NCBI GenBank assembly: GCA_964016885.1
Contig: OZ024740.1
Coordinates: forward strand, 293,198,001-293,262,000
Source of the DNA: Eledone cirrhosa
Taxonomy: Eukaryota
Reading direction: 5' to 3'
Length of the DNA: 64,000 nt
The notes under the pieces are model-generated. The model saw only the letters and a program-made list of their open reading frames with translations. It had not been told where the DNA came from and searched no databases. Position numbers and translations under genes: made by a program. Every line of letters begins with the position of its first letter. Position 1 is the first letter of the stretch. This document shows positions 1-13,035 of the stretch, one piece after another.

Positions 1-1726
1 ACCACAAATTAAAGAATTATCTTATTTAAAATTATGGAAAGGAACTAACGAAGTTATCGACTGGTTTAAAGTCATTAAATACAACTATGATAATAAGTTT
101 ATTCAATTGGATATTGCTAATTATTACTCATCCATCACTCCTCATCTACTTAATAAAGCCCTAACATATGCATTTAAACATACAGATTTAACTAGTAATG
201 AAATGCGCATTATCTTAACTGCACGGAAAACATTAATTAAATTTAACAACCACCTCTGGACTAGAGCAGACAGAGATAATAATTTCGATATCACTATGGG
301 GTCATCTGATTCCGCCCAAATAACGGATCTTGTGGGGCTTTTTATTAATAATACTCTACATAGGAAAATACCGGAGATGACCGGAGGTTTATATCGCGAC
401 GATATGCTATTACTTATAGAAAATAATTGTTTCTACTTTTGCCACAAGGCCAGCAATTACCCAGTATATTACTGGTACTTTATTTTATCGACCCCCGTAA
501 GGATGAAAGGCAAAGTTAACCTCGGCGGGATTTGAACTGAGAACGTAAAGGGACGTAACTATGCTAAAAAGCATGGCATCCAACCCTCTACCGATACTGC
601 CAATCCACCGCACTTATAGAAAATAATAATTTTGAAATAAATAGGAAAAGAAAAGAAATTATACAATTTTTTAATTACCTTAATCTTAAAGTAGAAATAG
701 AGAATAATTATAAAATAGTTAACTTTCTAGATGTAACTTTAAACCTTAACACAGGCCTTTATTATCCATTTCACAAAATGAAAGAGAACTTAAACTACGT
801 TAATTTTAATTCCAATCACTCCAGATCCGTTAAAAGCACTATAGTAAACTCTGTGCAGCAACGTATTTCTAGAATTTCAGCCAATAAGAATATTTTTGAA
901 GATAAAGCGCAATATCATAACGAAGCGTTAGGTAGAGCCGGATATAGTAATACAATTAAATACATTGATAGTAATGATATGACAAATAACCATAATCTTA
1001 ACAACTATAATATGGTTATTAACCTTACAATAATTCAAAAAACAAAAAACGAAATAGTACTAGGAATATATTATGGTTCGCTCCTCCTTTCTCATTAAAA
1101 CTCCTATTGCTAAATTATTCTTTAAAGCTCTAGATAAATGCTTCCCTAGAACACATAGGTATTACTCAATATTTAATAGACATACTATAAAATTAACGTA
1201 TTCAACCACCAGTAATTTAGCGCAGAATATTAATAGAATTAATAATAGAAACTTAAAACCTAACCAGAATACCATTAATAACCCCAGCAATATCCAACTG
1301 AATTATACGGCACATAGAAACTCAAATTTTGATAAATGTAACTGTAGAAATAAATCTGACTGTCCGTTAAATAACAATTGTTTAGTTAAAAATATAGTAT
1401 ATAATTGTAATGTAAAAGCTAATTTAAATTCATTTAATTACGTAGGCTCTACCTCCACATATTTTAAGTCCCGTTTTAATAACCATAAATGCTCTTTTAC
1501 GAATATAAATAAAACATCCTCAACTTCTCTATCTAATTTACTATGGGACCTAAAATCAAAGAACACTAACTATTCTTTACTTTGGAATAGTATCTCCAAA
1601 GCTCCTCCATTCAATGCTTCTTCTGAAAATTGTGCTCTTTGTATAGAGGAAATATTCTTTATATTAACAAGTAAGAGTTCTGTTAATTTAAGAAATAATC
1701 TTTTCAGTTCTTGCAAACATAGGTAG
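1..1726 (+). pseudogene. Penelope-like element ORF (RT + C-terminal GIY-YIG endonuclease); 5' end outside the window; interrupted by a SINE and a frameshift near 1075
   Basis: Motifs FIQLDIANYY, FDITMGSSDSA, GGLYRDD, VNFLDVTLNL, then CNCR..CPLNNNCL..IVY..YVGST..FKSRFNNH..CALCIEE..CKHR. Removing the SINE restores the frame from 107..427 into 778..1098. Confidence 0.93.
428..611 (-). mobile_element. tRNA-derived SINE (Meta/MESC-like core) inserted in the PLE RT
   Basis: Minus strand shows A box tggcagtatcggt, B box gttcaaatcc and core ctttgcctttcatccttacgggggtcgataaaat. A 16-bp TSD acttatagaaaataat lies at 412-427 and 612-627. Confidence 0.92.
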
Positions 1727-2045
1727 AACTCAACGTTTAAATATATAAATAAAATGTAATAGATAACTCATCTTTATTAAAACTATCGATAATTCATTAG
1801 ATTCCTTCATATGACTGCTTATAACTCTCTTAAAAAGGTTTTTTCTTGAAAATCTTTTCTTGATAAACGTACTGAAAGATTTGAAGAAGGAGTTTTTTTT
1901 TTAATTCCTATGATGGGTATAATTCATAATTCATATTTTATACTGTGTATTTTATTTTCTATATTCTTATATCTTTATGAAAATTATAATTCATTTTTAA
2001 AAATTATAATTCATATTTTGTATTTATGTATTTTTCAAATGCTTA

Positions 2046-2144
<99 letters not shown>

Positions 2145-3133
2145 AAAATATTTATATATACATAAAATTTATACTTTAAATATATTCTATTGATATACTC
2201 TTATGAAAGAGTTTTTTTTATGGTTTATGTTTTAGATATATTCCTATGAAAGAATTTTTAAATGTTAACACGTTATAGCAAATACATTTATGTTTTTAAC
2301 AGTCATAACTGTATAACAGGTAGAGTTATAAAATTATAACTTGCTATAAAATAACATAAGATTCATACTCTAATTAAATTATTAAGATGGAAAATTTAAT
2401 TTTTTAACATCTTAACTTTATAGCATTTAATCCTTAGAGCTATCTAAATTATTAATAAATTGCTAGCAATTTCCTTTACGCTCTACTGCTATTACAAATA
2501 AGGGATTATTCTTCTGTAAACTCTCGGAATTTCCATGAGCTTAGAAATATTCGAATTTTAAACTTAACATTTTTTTTAAATAATTAATTAATAATTAATA
2601 AAATCATATATGGTTTTGTAATAACATATTTTCTAATAATATATATTTTAATAATATATATTCTTTCATAATATATAGGTCTCAACTTTAATAATCTAAC
2701 ATACACATTTAAACATTTAAACTACGGATTGAATTGATTAATTAAGCATTTAATCAAATTTATTAATTAAACATTAGATAAAATTCTTCAACTTACCTTT
2801 ATTATTGTTTATCCATGCTACGGTATTCATCCACGCTATATTTATTTCTTCGCCTCTTCTCTCAAAATTACGCTATTCTCTCTCACATAAATATACTCAG
2901 GTATTTTTCTCTTTCTTTCTTTCCTTTTTTTTTCTCTTTTTTCTCTTTCTTTCTTTTTGTTCCCTATTCCAACGGCTTAATTTAAATGTACTGTTATTTA
3001 AACCTTTCCGTCACTAATTTGCATAATAAACCAACAATAAATCTAATAACTCCACTATCTAGGAGATTCCAACTAGAATGGCTGCATTTTTTCAGGGTAT
3101 GTCAATATTTATTTATAAAACTAACCTATATTA

Positions 3134-3199
3134 TATTTTATCTGATGAAAGCGCACCATAGTTTGCCTTGGTGGCCCTTGAAATATGTATCATGAAATA
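3134..3199 (+). ncRNA. Type I hammerhead motif in the PLE 3' region (pLTR)
   Basis: tattttat-CTGATGA-aagcgcacca..tggtggccctt-GAAA-tatgta-TC-atgaaata; stem I pairs over 8 bp. Confidence 0.75.
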
Positions 3200-3583
3200 A
3201 ATATGGTATTATAAATATATGGTTTTATATATATACATATATATATATATAGTTTCTATTTGTTAATATATTGTATATTTAATCCAATATTTTGTTGAGT
3301 GCTTTGTATCAGTTATAAAAATATTTTGCTTGTTGTATCCCAACAAATTAAATATAACCTCTAAATCTTTCTGCACAGGCATTGCATGATAGAATTAATT
3401 AATAATTACTAATAATGGTATATCGTGCAATGGCCATACTCGATAACGAGGGGACATCCATTATATATATTTATATATGTGTATGTATATATGTATATAT
3501 GTATATATATGTACATATACATATATATACATTTATAAAAATTACATACATATATATATATATACATACATATGTATATAAAT

Positions 3584-3641
3584 ATAGGAACAAGTATGAC
3601 CCCGACGGCAGAGCCCAAGCCGTTTCGACGGCGAATTCTGT
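3584..3641 (-). repeat. Family G fragment (3' half of a hammerhead), single arm
   Basis: gaccccgacggcagagcccaagccgtttcgacggc matches the copies at 29.3, 40.3, 41.5, 46.1, 52.0 and 53.9 kb. Confidence 0.75.
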
Positions 3642-3684
3642 CCTTGGGGAGGAAGTATTGTGGAATAAAGACATTTTTTATATT

Positions 3685-3719
<35 letters not shown>

Positions 3720-4252
3720 GAAAGAGTGAAGAATAACATGGTCGGGCATACTTAAAGGGTTTTATTGATCAGGTGTCTCTAAATACCCGCTCAGGCTAAG
3801 AACAAAAGACTTGCTGAAGAAGTAAATCCTATGTTCTGTCGTCAAAAACCATTATATTGCAGACTCCTGCAATAGGAATTTGTCGATCTTGGATTTGCAG
3901 GAAACTTAGCGCTATTGTTGGATGTTATATGTGATGTATATTGATGATATACGATGTAAGTTATATATTTTGCACTCAGCCTCACCGCTATGTCCGGCTC
4001 AGTATAAAATCTTTTACTGGGTCCTGTATTTTCGTTGCTCTACTGATGCGGCTGGACTGCCGACCGCTATATCTGATTTGCTAAACCCATCTGAACGTAA
4101 TGTTATTATTCTGGGGTCTTTCCTCATCTGAGTGCTCAAGTTACAGACCGATTATGCATATACGCTAGCTTGGCTGTATTCTAAAGCTTCGTCAATGCTG
4201 TACTAAAATTTATATATATATATATATGTATATAGATATGTATATATACATA

Positions 4253-4480
4253 TGGTAGCTAAGATGCTTCCAAAGACGGTTTGCCGGTTGAGCACTCTAT
4301 GCTCTTACAGAGCAGAGTATGATAGAATAGAAAACGAAAAATCAGTGGTGCTTTTGAACTCAATTTATTGTGTTACAATTGTTTCCTCGGCAGACAGCTC
4401 GAGACGCGATCATTGTATGGATCTGTCTGATTCTGGACCCGCAGGTTCGACGGACACGTCTAATGATTTTGGTGCATATT
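4253..4480 (-). repeat. pLTR-like remnant with a degenerate hammerhead, between microsatellites
   Basis: Minus strand reads gtgt-CCGTCGA...GAAA-caattg-TA-acac followed by aataaa; the 5' core is degenerate. Confidence 0.4.
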
Positions 4481-4491
4481 CTCTCTCTCTA

Positions 4492-4573
<82 letters not shown>

Positions 4574-4728
4574 TTTTTTGTTTATAGTATATGTTGGTTG
4601 TATACCAACACCGCAGTATGCAGATTGGAGCACTCGACGAGGTGCGCAGGTTGGTTTGGTTACTCCAGAGTAATGTAAAATAAAATAAAATAAATAAGTC
4701 AAATGTTTAAAATTTGGCTTCGTTTATT

Positions 4729-4783
4729 ACTGCTATATATATTTCGGTGACAGCCATCTTTGGATGTGACCTCTTCAGGCAGT
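4729..4783 (-). ncRNA. Hammerhead motif (family A) in the 3' pLTR
   Basis: Reverse complement of the 9453-9507 motif. Confidence 0.85.
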
Positions 4784-6125
4784 CCGAATTAGTGTGGTAG
4801 AGACGAGTACACATGTTGTTGAGGTGTATAACTTTGTCAATACTCTGATATGCCCAGTTCCTGGTGGGGTTGTTATTTCACTGGGGAACTGGAATCATAT
4901 GAATTCAAACATACGAATTTCAGCGTCAAAGGGCCTCTTCTCCTCTCATTGGTCAGTTGTTAGAACATTCCTCAGTCAAAAGTCTATAGAAATTCGTTCT
5001 GAGGCAAGCCAATCTGTAGTTGTTGTTCTTGTTATTGTTAGGTACATCTGACCTCTATTCTTGTGTTGGTAGTGGTGTTATTGTTGGAGTCAGCTAAAAA
5101 AAATTGATAAAGTGGTAGAAGGAATAAGATGGTAAAGGAACAATATAAAATAAAATAATCGAATAAAATGTGTGTGTGTGTTATACCTATCTCAATGTTA
5201 TAAAGATTTGTAAGGTCAAACTTCCCATTGGTCAGTTTTGAGAGCATTCCTCAGTCCAAAGTCTATAGAAATTCTTTCTGGGGTGAGGCTCACTGTAGTG
5301 TTTGTGTTTGCTATTGTCAAGTACATCAGACCTCTACCCTTATTTTGGTAGTGTTGTTGGTGTTGTGGTCAGCTTATGTCTTGCTGCTGCTGACAATTTA
5401 GAAGTATCTGTGTGTGTGTTTCTTCATCCCTCCTGCCACCATCTCCCGTGGTCGTGGTGGGGGGGGGGGGGCATCTACCATGTATATGAAGAAATAGAAG
5501 GCAATAAAATAAAGTAAACAGAAAATAAATAATAGATAGAGAATAAATGAAAAATTAATGAAAAGGTAATGAAAAAGTAATGAAAAGTGAATATGGAAAA
5601 TGAAAAATGAAAATGAAAAGTGAAAAATAAAATGAAGATTCGAATAAAATAAGATAAAATGTGTGTGTGCTATAACCAATCTCAAGGTCAGAAATATGTT
5701 GGATAGATTGGTAGGAGTAACAAGATGGTAAAAGAATAAAACGAAATAGGATAATCAAATAAAATGTGTGTGTGTTATAACCAATCTCAACTTAAATATA
5801 AATATAAGGTGATAAAGTGAAGAAAACAGAAAACAAATAACAAATGAATAATGAGAAATCAAAATTGAAAAATCAAAAATCAGGTAAATTAAAATGTGTG
5901 TGTGTTATAAAGATGTTTGCCAAATTATAAAGGCTGTGTCAGAATCAATCTCTAGGCTATCATGGTGTCTGCTCAGCCTGGGTTGGTCCCTATGGCTTGA
6001 GGCGAGTTCGCAACCTATGGTGTTGTTACTGCCCATATAGCTTGAGAGAGGTTTGGCCGAGAGGTGTCTACATGTCCTGGAGAAGTCCTTATAGCTTGAG
6101 GGGAGTTCACATCTTATTATGTTGC

Positions 6126-8769
6126 TACTGTCCATATATCTTGAGGAAGTTTCCGGCCCTCAGGTGTCTGCATGTCCCGAAGAAGTCGGTTCTGAGGTTT
6201 ATCAGGCCGCTTCCACCTCTTAGTATCTCGAGGGTCTCGTTCAGACATAGTTTTCATATGCAAGATCCCCCTTTATCAGGTGGTACTTTCCTGATTATGG
6301 ACCAGGCCAGAGAGTACGGGGTCCTGTCCAGCTTAAGCTTCCAGATCAGGTCGGAGAGAGCCGTACTTTTCCTTTTGGCCTCCTTATTGAAGGAATGGCG
6401 ATGGTTATACCAGCGGTCTTTAAAGTTCGTTGATGTGGCTCCTATGTAGAGGTGTTCGGAGTTGGGGATTTTAACCCTACAACCATATACTAGGTTCTTC
6501 TTAAGACATTCATTACCAAGGAGGCATGATTCGGGGTTTCTGCAGTTGCAGAGGGTGGTCGACCTCTGCGTGCCTAGATTGGGGTTCCCGTTAGGTGTTA
6601 TGTGGTGGTCTTCCCCCAGGCGCGGTGGGGGGTCCCCGGGTCTGTTTGGGTTTCTTGGGTGGGCACTGGGTCCCTCCTTCCCTCTTTTCACATGGTTCTG
6701 CTGAGTGCTTGTATTGCCATCTTCTGGTTGTGTGTGGTTTTTAAGCCTACTCCTGTTGATGCTAGCTATGTGTTGGGCCAGATTTCACGTGGTGGAATAC
6801 GAGAGCTTCACAGTGTGTCTGTTGAAGATCTTGTGGTATCTATGGTCCCTCGGGAAGCATTTATCAAGTGCTCCAAAGAATGATCGGGCCAAGCTGTTCT
6901 TTAGGGCCGCTGAGTAGGGTGGGTTGTACCACGTGATTTATCTGTGTCTCCTCCTATATGTGTGGGTCGGGCGCGTCTTGAGTTGTTGGAGATTTGTTGG
7001 GTTGTTGGTGGTTCCCGCATTGTTGCTTCCCCTTTGGGCGCTATTCGTTTTGTTATCTTCACGGCCCGAATCTGTGGGGTGGTCGTTGCCCGCGCTGGGA
7101 GATCTACCGCGGGGTGGTCCCCCCCGTGTGTCCTGCAGTTTGGGTCGTCGGGCCCGGGGTGGTTATCATCACCCCTGAGACTGCTACTCATATTGGGTTT
7201 CATCCCATGGTTAAGCGTACTCGTCACCAACGCCCGTGTGGTGGTGTCGGGCTCATGGTGCCTATTTGTTTCTGTTCTGCCTGTATTGTTAGGGTTCGCC
7301 CCCCACCCCACCCCCAGGAAACGTGGGTCTGGGTGTCCGTTGGGCCATTCCCACCCCGGCGTTTCGGACTGTATGTTATATTTTGTCCATGTGCCGCCTT
7401 ATTTAGAGCTGCGTTGTAATATTCCGCGTTGTTATCGAATATTTCCTTACTTGCGGACAGGCTCGAGATCCTGTCCGAGACACTCTTCACCACGGCCTTG
7501 GTTATGGATCTAGGGTGGTTTGACTTAGCGTTAACATACACGATTTTCTCGTTGGGCTTGTGGTAGGGGTAGTATTGTTCGGTGTTCAGGATTAGGGTGA
7601 TGTCTAGGAAGTTAACTACCTTTCCATTTGGATCTAGTTCTATACTGAGCCCCTGGATCTTAAAGAAATGGTGAATACGCCTCCTCATTCCCTCCAACAT
7701 ATTGGTGCTGTGGTCATATACTGTGAAGAGAGCATCGTCACGATATAATCCGCCGCCCAGGCAGGGGATTTCATCTTTTATCTGCTTCAGCAGGAAGAGC
7801 CCAACCAGGTCCGTTAGATGTGCTGAGTCGCTGGAGCCCATCGTGATGTCAAAGTTATTTGGCCAATCACTCCTGGTCAAAAGGTCTTCATCGAAACGGA
7901 TTAAGGTCTTTATTGCGGCGTGGATGATGCTCACCTCCTCTCGGGTTAGGTCCGTATTGAGTACTATGGGTGAGATTGAGGAGTAGTAGCCTGCGATATC
8001 CAGTTGTATAAAGCTGGTCTTACTTTTCTCATGTAGTATCTTAAACCATTCTATTACCTCTCCCGTGCTTGACCATTGCTGTAATTTAGTTTTCTTCCGA
8101 AGCTTGAGCAAAATCCTATCTAGTATTCTTTTACTGACGATCCCTAGGTCAGATCTGGAGGGGGCTATTAGTCTGACAGGGAGGTCGGACTCAAAGTTTG
8201 GCTTGTGATCTTTCAGGGTAATCCGCGGCTCCCTTGGTTGGTATGGGGCCGTCCTGTCCTCTATGCCGAGTCCAGATATAATCCTGTAAACTGTGGCATG
8301 ATCTCATCCAGGGTAAATCCAGGTGGTTTTTTGTAGCACTTCCTCAGTTCCCTGAGAATTAGCTTATTATACAGTTCAGTGTTCATGTTGTAGAGGTTGT
8401 TGGTTTTGTCAGCATGGACAAGTATTCCAGTTGTCTCTTTAAGTACTGTAATCCGGTTTCTCGGGTGTCTGAGGTACTCCTGACTTCTGGTTGGGTTTCC
8501 GGAGAATTTGAGGTTGGATATGATGTTAATCATCTCGTTTTCAAACTCCTCCATTAGTCTGTTGTGTGTGTGTAGGGGGGGGGATTCCTCCTTGATCGAA
8601 AAAGGTACTCGATGTTTTGTGTGTTGGTAATTTTTTGCGCTCCTCTTTCGAAGTGGAACGCCTTCCATCTCATCCTACAGACGAGGGAGTCCGTACTCGT
8701 GATGAGATCACTGGTGTATTCTCGTTTGTCAGGTAGGGGGATGTCCTTTAGTGACGCTAAGGTTGCCAA
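6126..8769 (-). pseudogene. PLE RT-GIY-YIG ORF with several frameshifts and stops
   Basis: RMRWKAFHF, ADKTNN, ITLKDHKPNF..VRLI, FIQLDIAGYY, GGLYRDD, WYNPPYS, CNCR..CLLGNECL..LVY..YIGATSTNFKDRWYNH, CRH. Confidence 0.93.
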
Positions 8770-9452
8770 TTTTTCTATAGTGACTTAAGTCCGCTACTGT
8801 TTGAAGCGCTCAACCCGTGGGGGAGCTAGATAAATTTTGAGTATATGTTGGTTGTATACCACCACCTCAGTATGCAGATTGGAGCACTCGACGAAGTGCG
8901 TATGTTGGTTTGATTACTCCGGAGTAATGTAAAATAACATAAAATAAATAAGTCAAATGTTTAAAATTTGGCTTCGTTTATTACTGCTATATATATATTT
9001 CGGTGACAGCCATCTTTGGCCTTACAAATCTTTATAACATTGAGATGGGTATAACACACACACACATTTTATTCGATTATTTTATTTTATTTTGTTCCTT
9101 TACCATCTTATTCCTTCTACCACTTTATCAATATTTTTTTAGCTGACTCCAACAATAACACCACTACCAACACAAGAATAGAGGTCAGATGTACCTAACA
9201 ATAACAAGAACAACAACTACAGATTGGCTTGCCTCAGAACGAATTTCTATAGACTTTTGACTGAGGAATGTTCTAACAACTGACCAATGAGAGGAGAAGG
9301 GGCCCTTTGACGCTGAAATTCGTTTGTTTGAATTCATATGATTCCAGTTCCCCAGTGAAATAACAACCCAACCAGGAACTGGGCTTCTCAGAGTATTTAC
9401 AAAGTTATACATCTTAACAACATGTGTACTCGTCTCTACCACACTAATTCGG

Positions 9453-9507
9453 ACTGCCTGAAGAGGTCACAGCCAAAGATGGCTGTCACCGAAATATATA
9501 TAGCAGT
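9453..9507 (+). ncRNA. Hammerhead motif (family A) in the inverted pLTR
   Basis: actgc-CTGAAGA-ggtcacagcc-aaagat-ggctgtcacc-GAAA-tatata-TA-gcagt, followed by aataaa. Confidence 0.9.
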
Positions 9508-9553
9508 AATAAACGAAGCCAAATTTTAAACATTTGACTTATTTATTTTATTT

Positions 9554-9640
<87 letters not shown>

Positions 9641-9644
<4 letters not shown>

Positions 9645-10048
9645 AAGAAATTAAAAGATGGTTGAGAAAGTTCCATATATTTTATTATGCGCATTTCAAA
9701 AACAAATATAATCCTGGGACGATAGTTGCGTACTCATCAGATAAAATAAGGTAACATGATATGATGCCTAAAAAAACACTTGTGAACAAGAAAGTGTCCA
9801 GTCAACACTTTCTTGTTCACAAGTGTTTTTTTAGGCATCATATCATGTTACCTTATTTTATCTGATGAGAACGCAACTATCGTCCCAGAATGATATTTGT
9901 TTTTGAAATGCGCATAATAAAATATATGGAACTTTCTTAACCATCTTTGAATTTCTTCTTATATATACTCCAGTTCAATAAACTGTTGAGTGCTACTTAT
10001 CCGATATATGCATAGTTTTATTGTTCTACAATAAAACTCACCTCCTAC

Positions 10049-10050
<2 letters not shown>
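9641..10050. mobile_element. Palindromic pLTR-like mini-element (family B) with two opposed hammerheads, inside (TA)n
   Basis: Arms 9641-9797 and 9806-9965. HHR on + at 9854-9924: tattttat-CTGATGA..GAAA-tgcgca-TA-ataaaata; mirror copy at 9678-9748. Confidence 0.85.
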
Positions 10051-10089
<39 letters not shown>

Positions 10090-10093
<4 letters not shown>

Positions 10094-10909
10094 TGAGACA
10101 GTAAACAAAAAACAAAAAAAGACGTGGAAGCGAAGAGGCAGTACAAAAAGTTAATATTAGTTTCACGCTTGAGAGTGGGAGGGGTGGGGACGACGTTTCG
10201 TGCTTAAGCCCTTCATCAAGAGAAAAGAAGACAGGAAAAGAGTTCCGAGTGGTGGAAAGACATTAAAAAGTTGGGGAGAGAAAAGGGAGGAAAAGAAATG
10301 TTTTAAGATTAAAAAAATTTAAATGAAACAAGTGGTATGAGGCATGTAGGGGTAGTGGAGGGATAGGGGGTGTAGACGGGAGAAGGAGTCGGGGGTACCG
10401 AACGGGGAGGGCTGAAGGTGGTGTGTGCGTGTGTGTGTGGATGTGAATGTGAGAGTTGGGGGTAGAACGAGGTTCCATGTTCGGGTAATAGGGAAACCGG
10501 TGTGTACATGGGGTGTAAGTCGGTGTGGATGGAGAGGGTCAGAGGTTTGGGGGAGAGGGGGCGTCTGGAGTCCGGAGTCTGAGTGTGTGTATGTGAGGAT
10601 ACGCACGTGTGTGTGTGTGTTTTTGTGTGGTGTGAATGTATGGTTGCGTGGTGCGAAAATAGTGTAAGTGTTTGTGTGTGTATGTGTGTGTGTGTTCCTG
10701 GAGGTTTTTCCACGGACTGTAGGACCGGATGTTGAAGATTCCGACTGTGACAGGGTAGATGGGTGGAACGGTGGACCGGTGGTTTAAAATCCTGGTATGG
10801 TAGTGAGGAAGTGGAGAATTGTGGGTTGCGTGCGCAACAAGAAGTGATCGTGAATACTGGCAGTTGAAAATCATAAAAAAAGAAATCCATTCTATAATTC
10901 ATATATCCA

Positions 10910-10910
<1 letters not shown>
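10090..10910 (-). repeat. Probable PLE 3'-end remnant with a degenerate minimal hammerhead
   Basis: Minus strand near 10190-10220 reads TTGATGA-agggcttaagcac-GAAA-cgtc; (TA)n on both sides. Confidence 0.4.
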
Positions 10911-10995
<85 letters not shown>

Positions 10996-12293
10996 TAAAT
11001 ATATATTGTATTGTCGCATTTCTATTCTGCCCGTTTTGTGAATTTTAGAATGGATTTCTTTTTTTATGATTTTCAACACAGTTTCGAAGAGTATTTAATT
11101 ATAAAGGGTTATAACCTTGCCAGCAGCTATTTAATAAGAGCTGCAATAATAACTATTTAGATTATCCATTACCATTTCCCTGGCATGACATTTCTCTAAC
11201 ATCAGACTATACGTTATTTGTGTTGATTCAGCTCCAAGACTGACCTGACTAAACAGACCTATGATCAAAAACATTCTAGCCATAACTATTCCGCCTTTAC
11301 AGGCAGAGTTTATCCATCATCGCGTCCCTTTTCAATTACGAAGTGGTGTAATTGGAGAGGGAATGAGAGGGGAGAAACATTCATCTGCTATTTCTAGACG
11401 GTCAAGTAATCGCATAGATTCTCTCTTATTGGGTCTTATCATTACCAGTATAATTCGTATGTGGAATTTATATTTGTAACTAGACCAGCCGTGACCCGTG
11501 CTTCGACTTACGCGAAACTTGTTTTATACCATTTGTATTCCCATTTCAAGGGCAACTTCCTTGCAAAGTAATTTCCCATTATGCGCCCTTTTGGCTGTAT
11601 TACATTACAGACAAGCAACAAGTAATCACAGACTTTAGTAATATATAGATAAATGACTAAGTTATTAGATAAGTTATTTATTCTTATTTGTATAATTTGA
11701 TCCGATATGTATTTCATCCATAGTTGTGATGTCTCCAAAAGTCAGATACAAATAAAATTGTTGATAGTTATTAACCATCAATACACAGGGTTCAATACCA
11801 TCTGACAATATAATAAGGATAACATTTTAAATAGATTAACATTTTGATCTGTTGGTTAGCTCGTCTTTCTCTGGTGTCACATTTTCTATAATCTACAACA
11901 AATAAAACCACAGATATATCTAAAGATTCGATAGAAAGTTGACCAAATAGAATTATATTGACATGCACATCGAAAAGAATCTTAGAAAAGACAATAATCA
12001 GCAGAATGATTCAGACGTTTGGAAAGAAAAATGACTGGTATTGACAGTGCGAAATGTTAATCTAGTAGGACAACAATCACAAGCCTTACAACAGCAATTC
12101 TTTAAAGTTCTTTATTGATTTTTATCGGTGTGAATATCACTATATTTAATTGGTAGTCACGTTTTCTCTCTTTTGCTGATATTTACGTGAGCATTTACTA
12201 AATTCTGAGGAGACATTCAACAGGCTCGTCTTCTTAAAGCTCTTCAATCTCTACAGTAATGTTCATATTTTTTTTTCCTAGCGGCATTACGTG

Positions 12294-12345
<52 letters not shown>

Positions 12346-12575
12346 TGCGTGACAAACGTTGAAATCTGCTTACGAACATGCTCAGTTTTCATTTCAGTGA
12401 TCATATTCTCATTCATACAAATAACGTTTTATGTCCGAGCTGGATGAAAACTCGGCAAAGCATCGAATTTCATTTTGTTTCTGGTATATTCTGATATACA
12501 TCCCATTATGTTAGAGTTCAGTTCTCGCCTAAGATCGACTGATTCAAGAAAATTAAGTCCTCTAATACTGAGGTT

Positions 12576-12915
12576 AGGCGGCAAATTGGCAAAATCCTTA
12601 GAACGTCGGATTGAATACTTTCCAGCATCCGTTTTGACATTCTACTCTCTAAGTTTAAATCCCGTCAAAGTCATCTTTGTCTTTCATCCTTTCGAGGTCA
12701 ATAAAAAAAGTTCCAGCTAAGTATTGAGATCGATTCTTCCTCTATATCTCTTTCTCACTTCCCTTTTCTTACTCTCTATCCTTCTCCGGAAGAAATCTGC
12801 TGTATTCAGACCTGGGAAGGAGATAGGCTCCACCAGGTTTAAAATTGCCCTAGAAGCGCCATATGTCAATATGGCGCCCATACGGCTCCTTCAGGAGTTA
12901 CGGGGCTAAAGCGAA
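12576..12915 (+). mobile_element. tRNA-derived Meta-core SINE with a long 3' region
   Basis: ggcggcaaattggc head, ctttcatcctttcgaggtc core, and a 3' region shared with 13270-13410, 22860-23010 and 59290-59470. Confidence 0.8.
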
Positions 12916-12960
12916 GACTACTGAGCGTGGATTAATCGACTATAACAGTCCCCTATAATT

Positions 12961-12966
12961 ATGGTG

Positions 12967-13035
<69 letters not shown>
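12961..13035. repeat. (GGT)n/(AGT)n microsatellite
   Basis: Direct observation. Confidence 0.95.

Larger units (their letters stand above)
4587..9560 (-). mobile_element. Near full-length Penelope-like element with 3' pLTR, partial direct 5' pLTR and inverted pLTR
   Basis: 8841-9019 repeats 4587-4763 directly; 9020-9560 is the reverse complement of about 4680-5215. The ORF lies between them and (TA)n flanks both sides. Confidence 0.92.

Noticed and set aside
5997-7986. Plus-strand ORFs of 80-189 aa
   Set aside because: They are antisense shadows of the GC-rich PLE ORF.
11479-11520. Helitron-like 3' end (ctag near a GC-rich hairpin)
   Set aside because: The hairpin is weak and no matching 5' end was identified.
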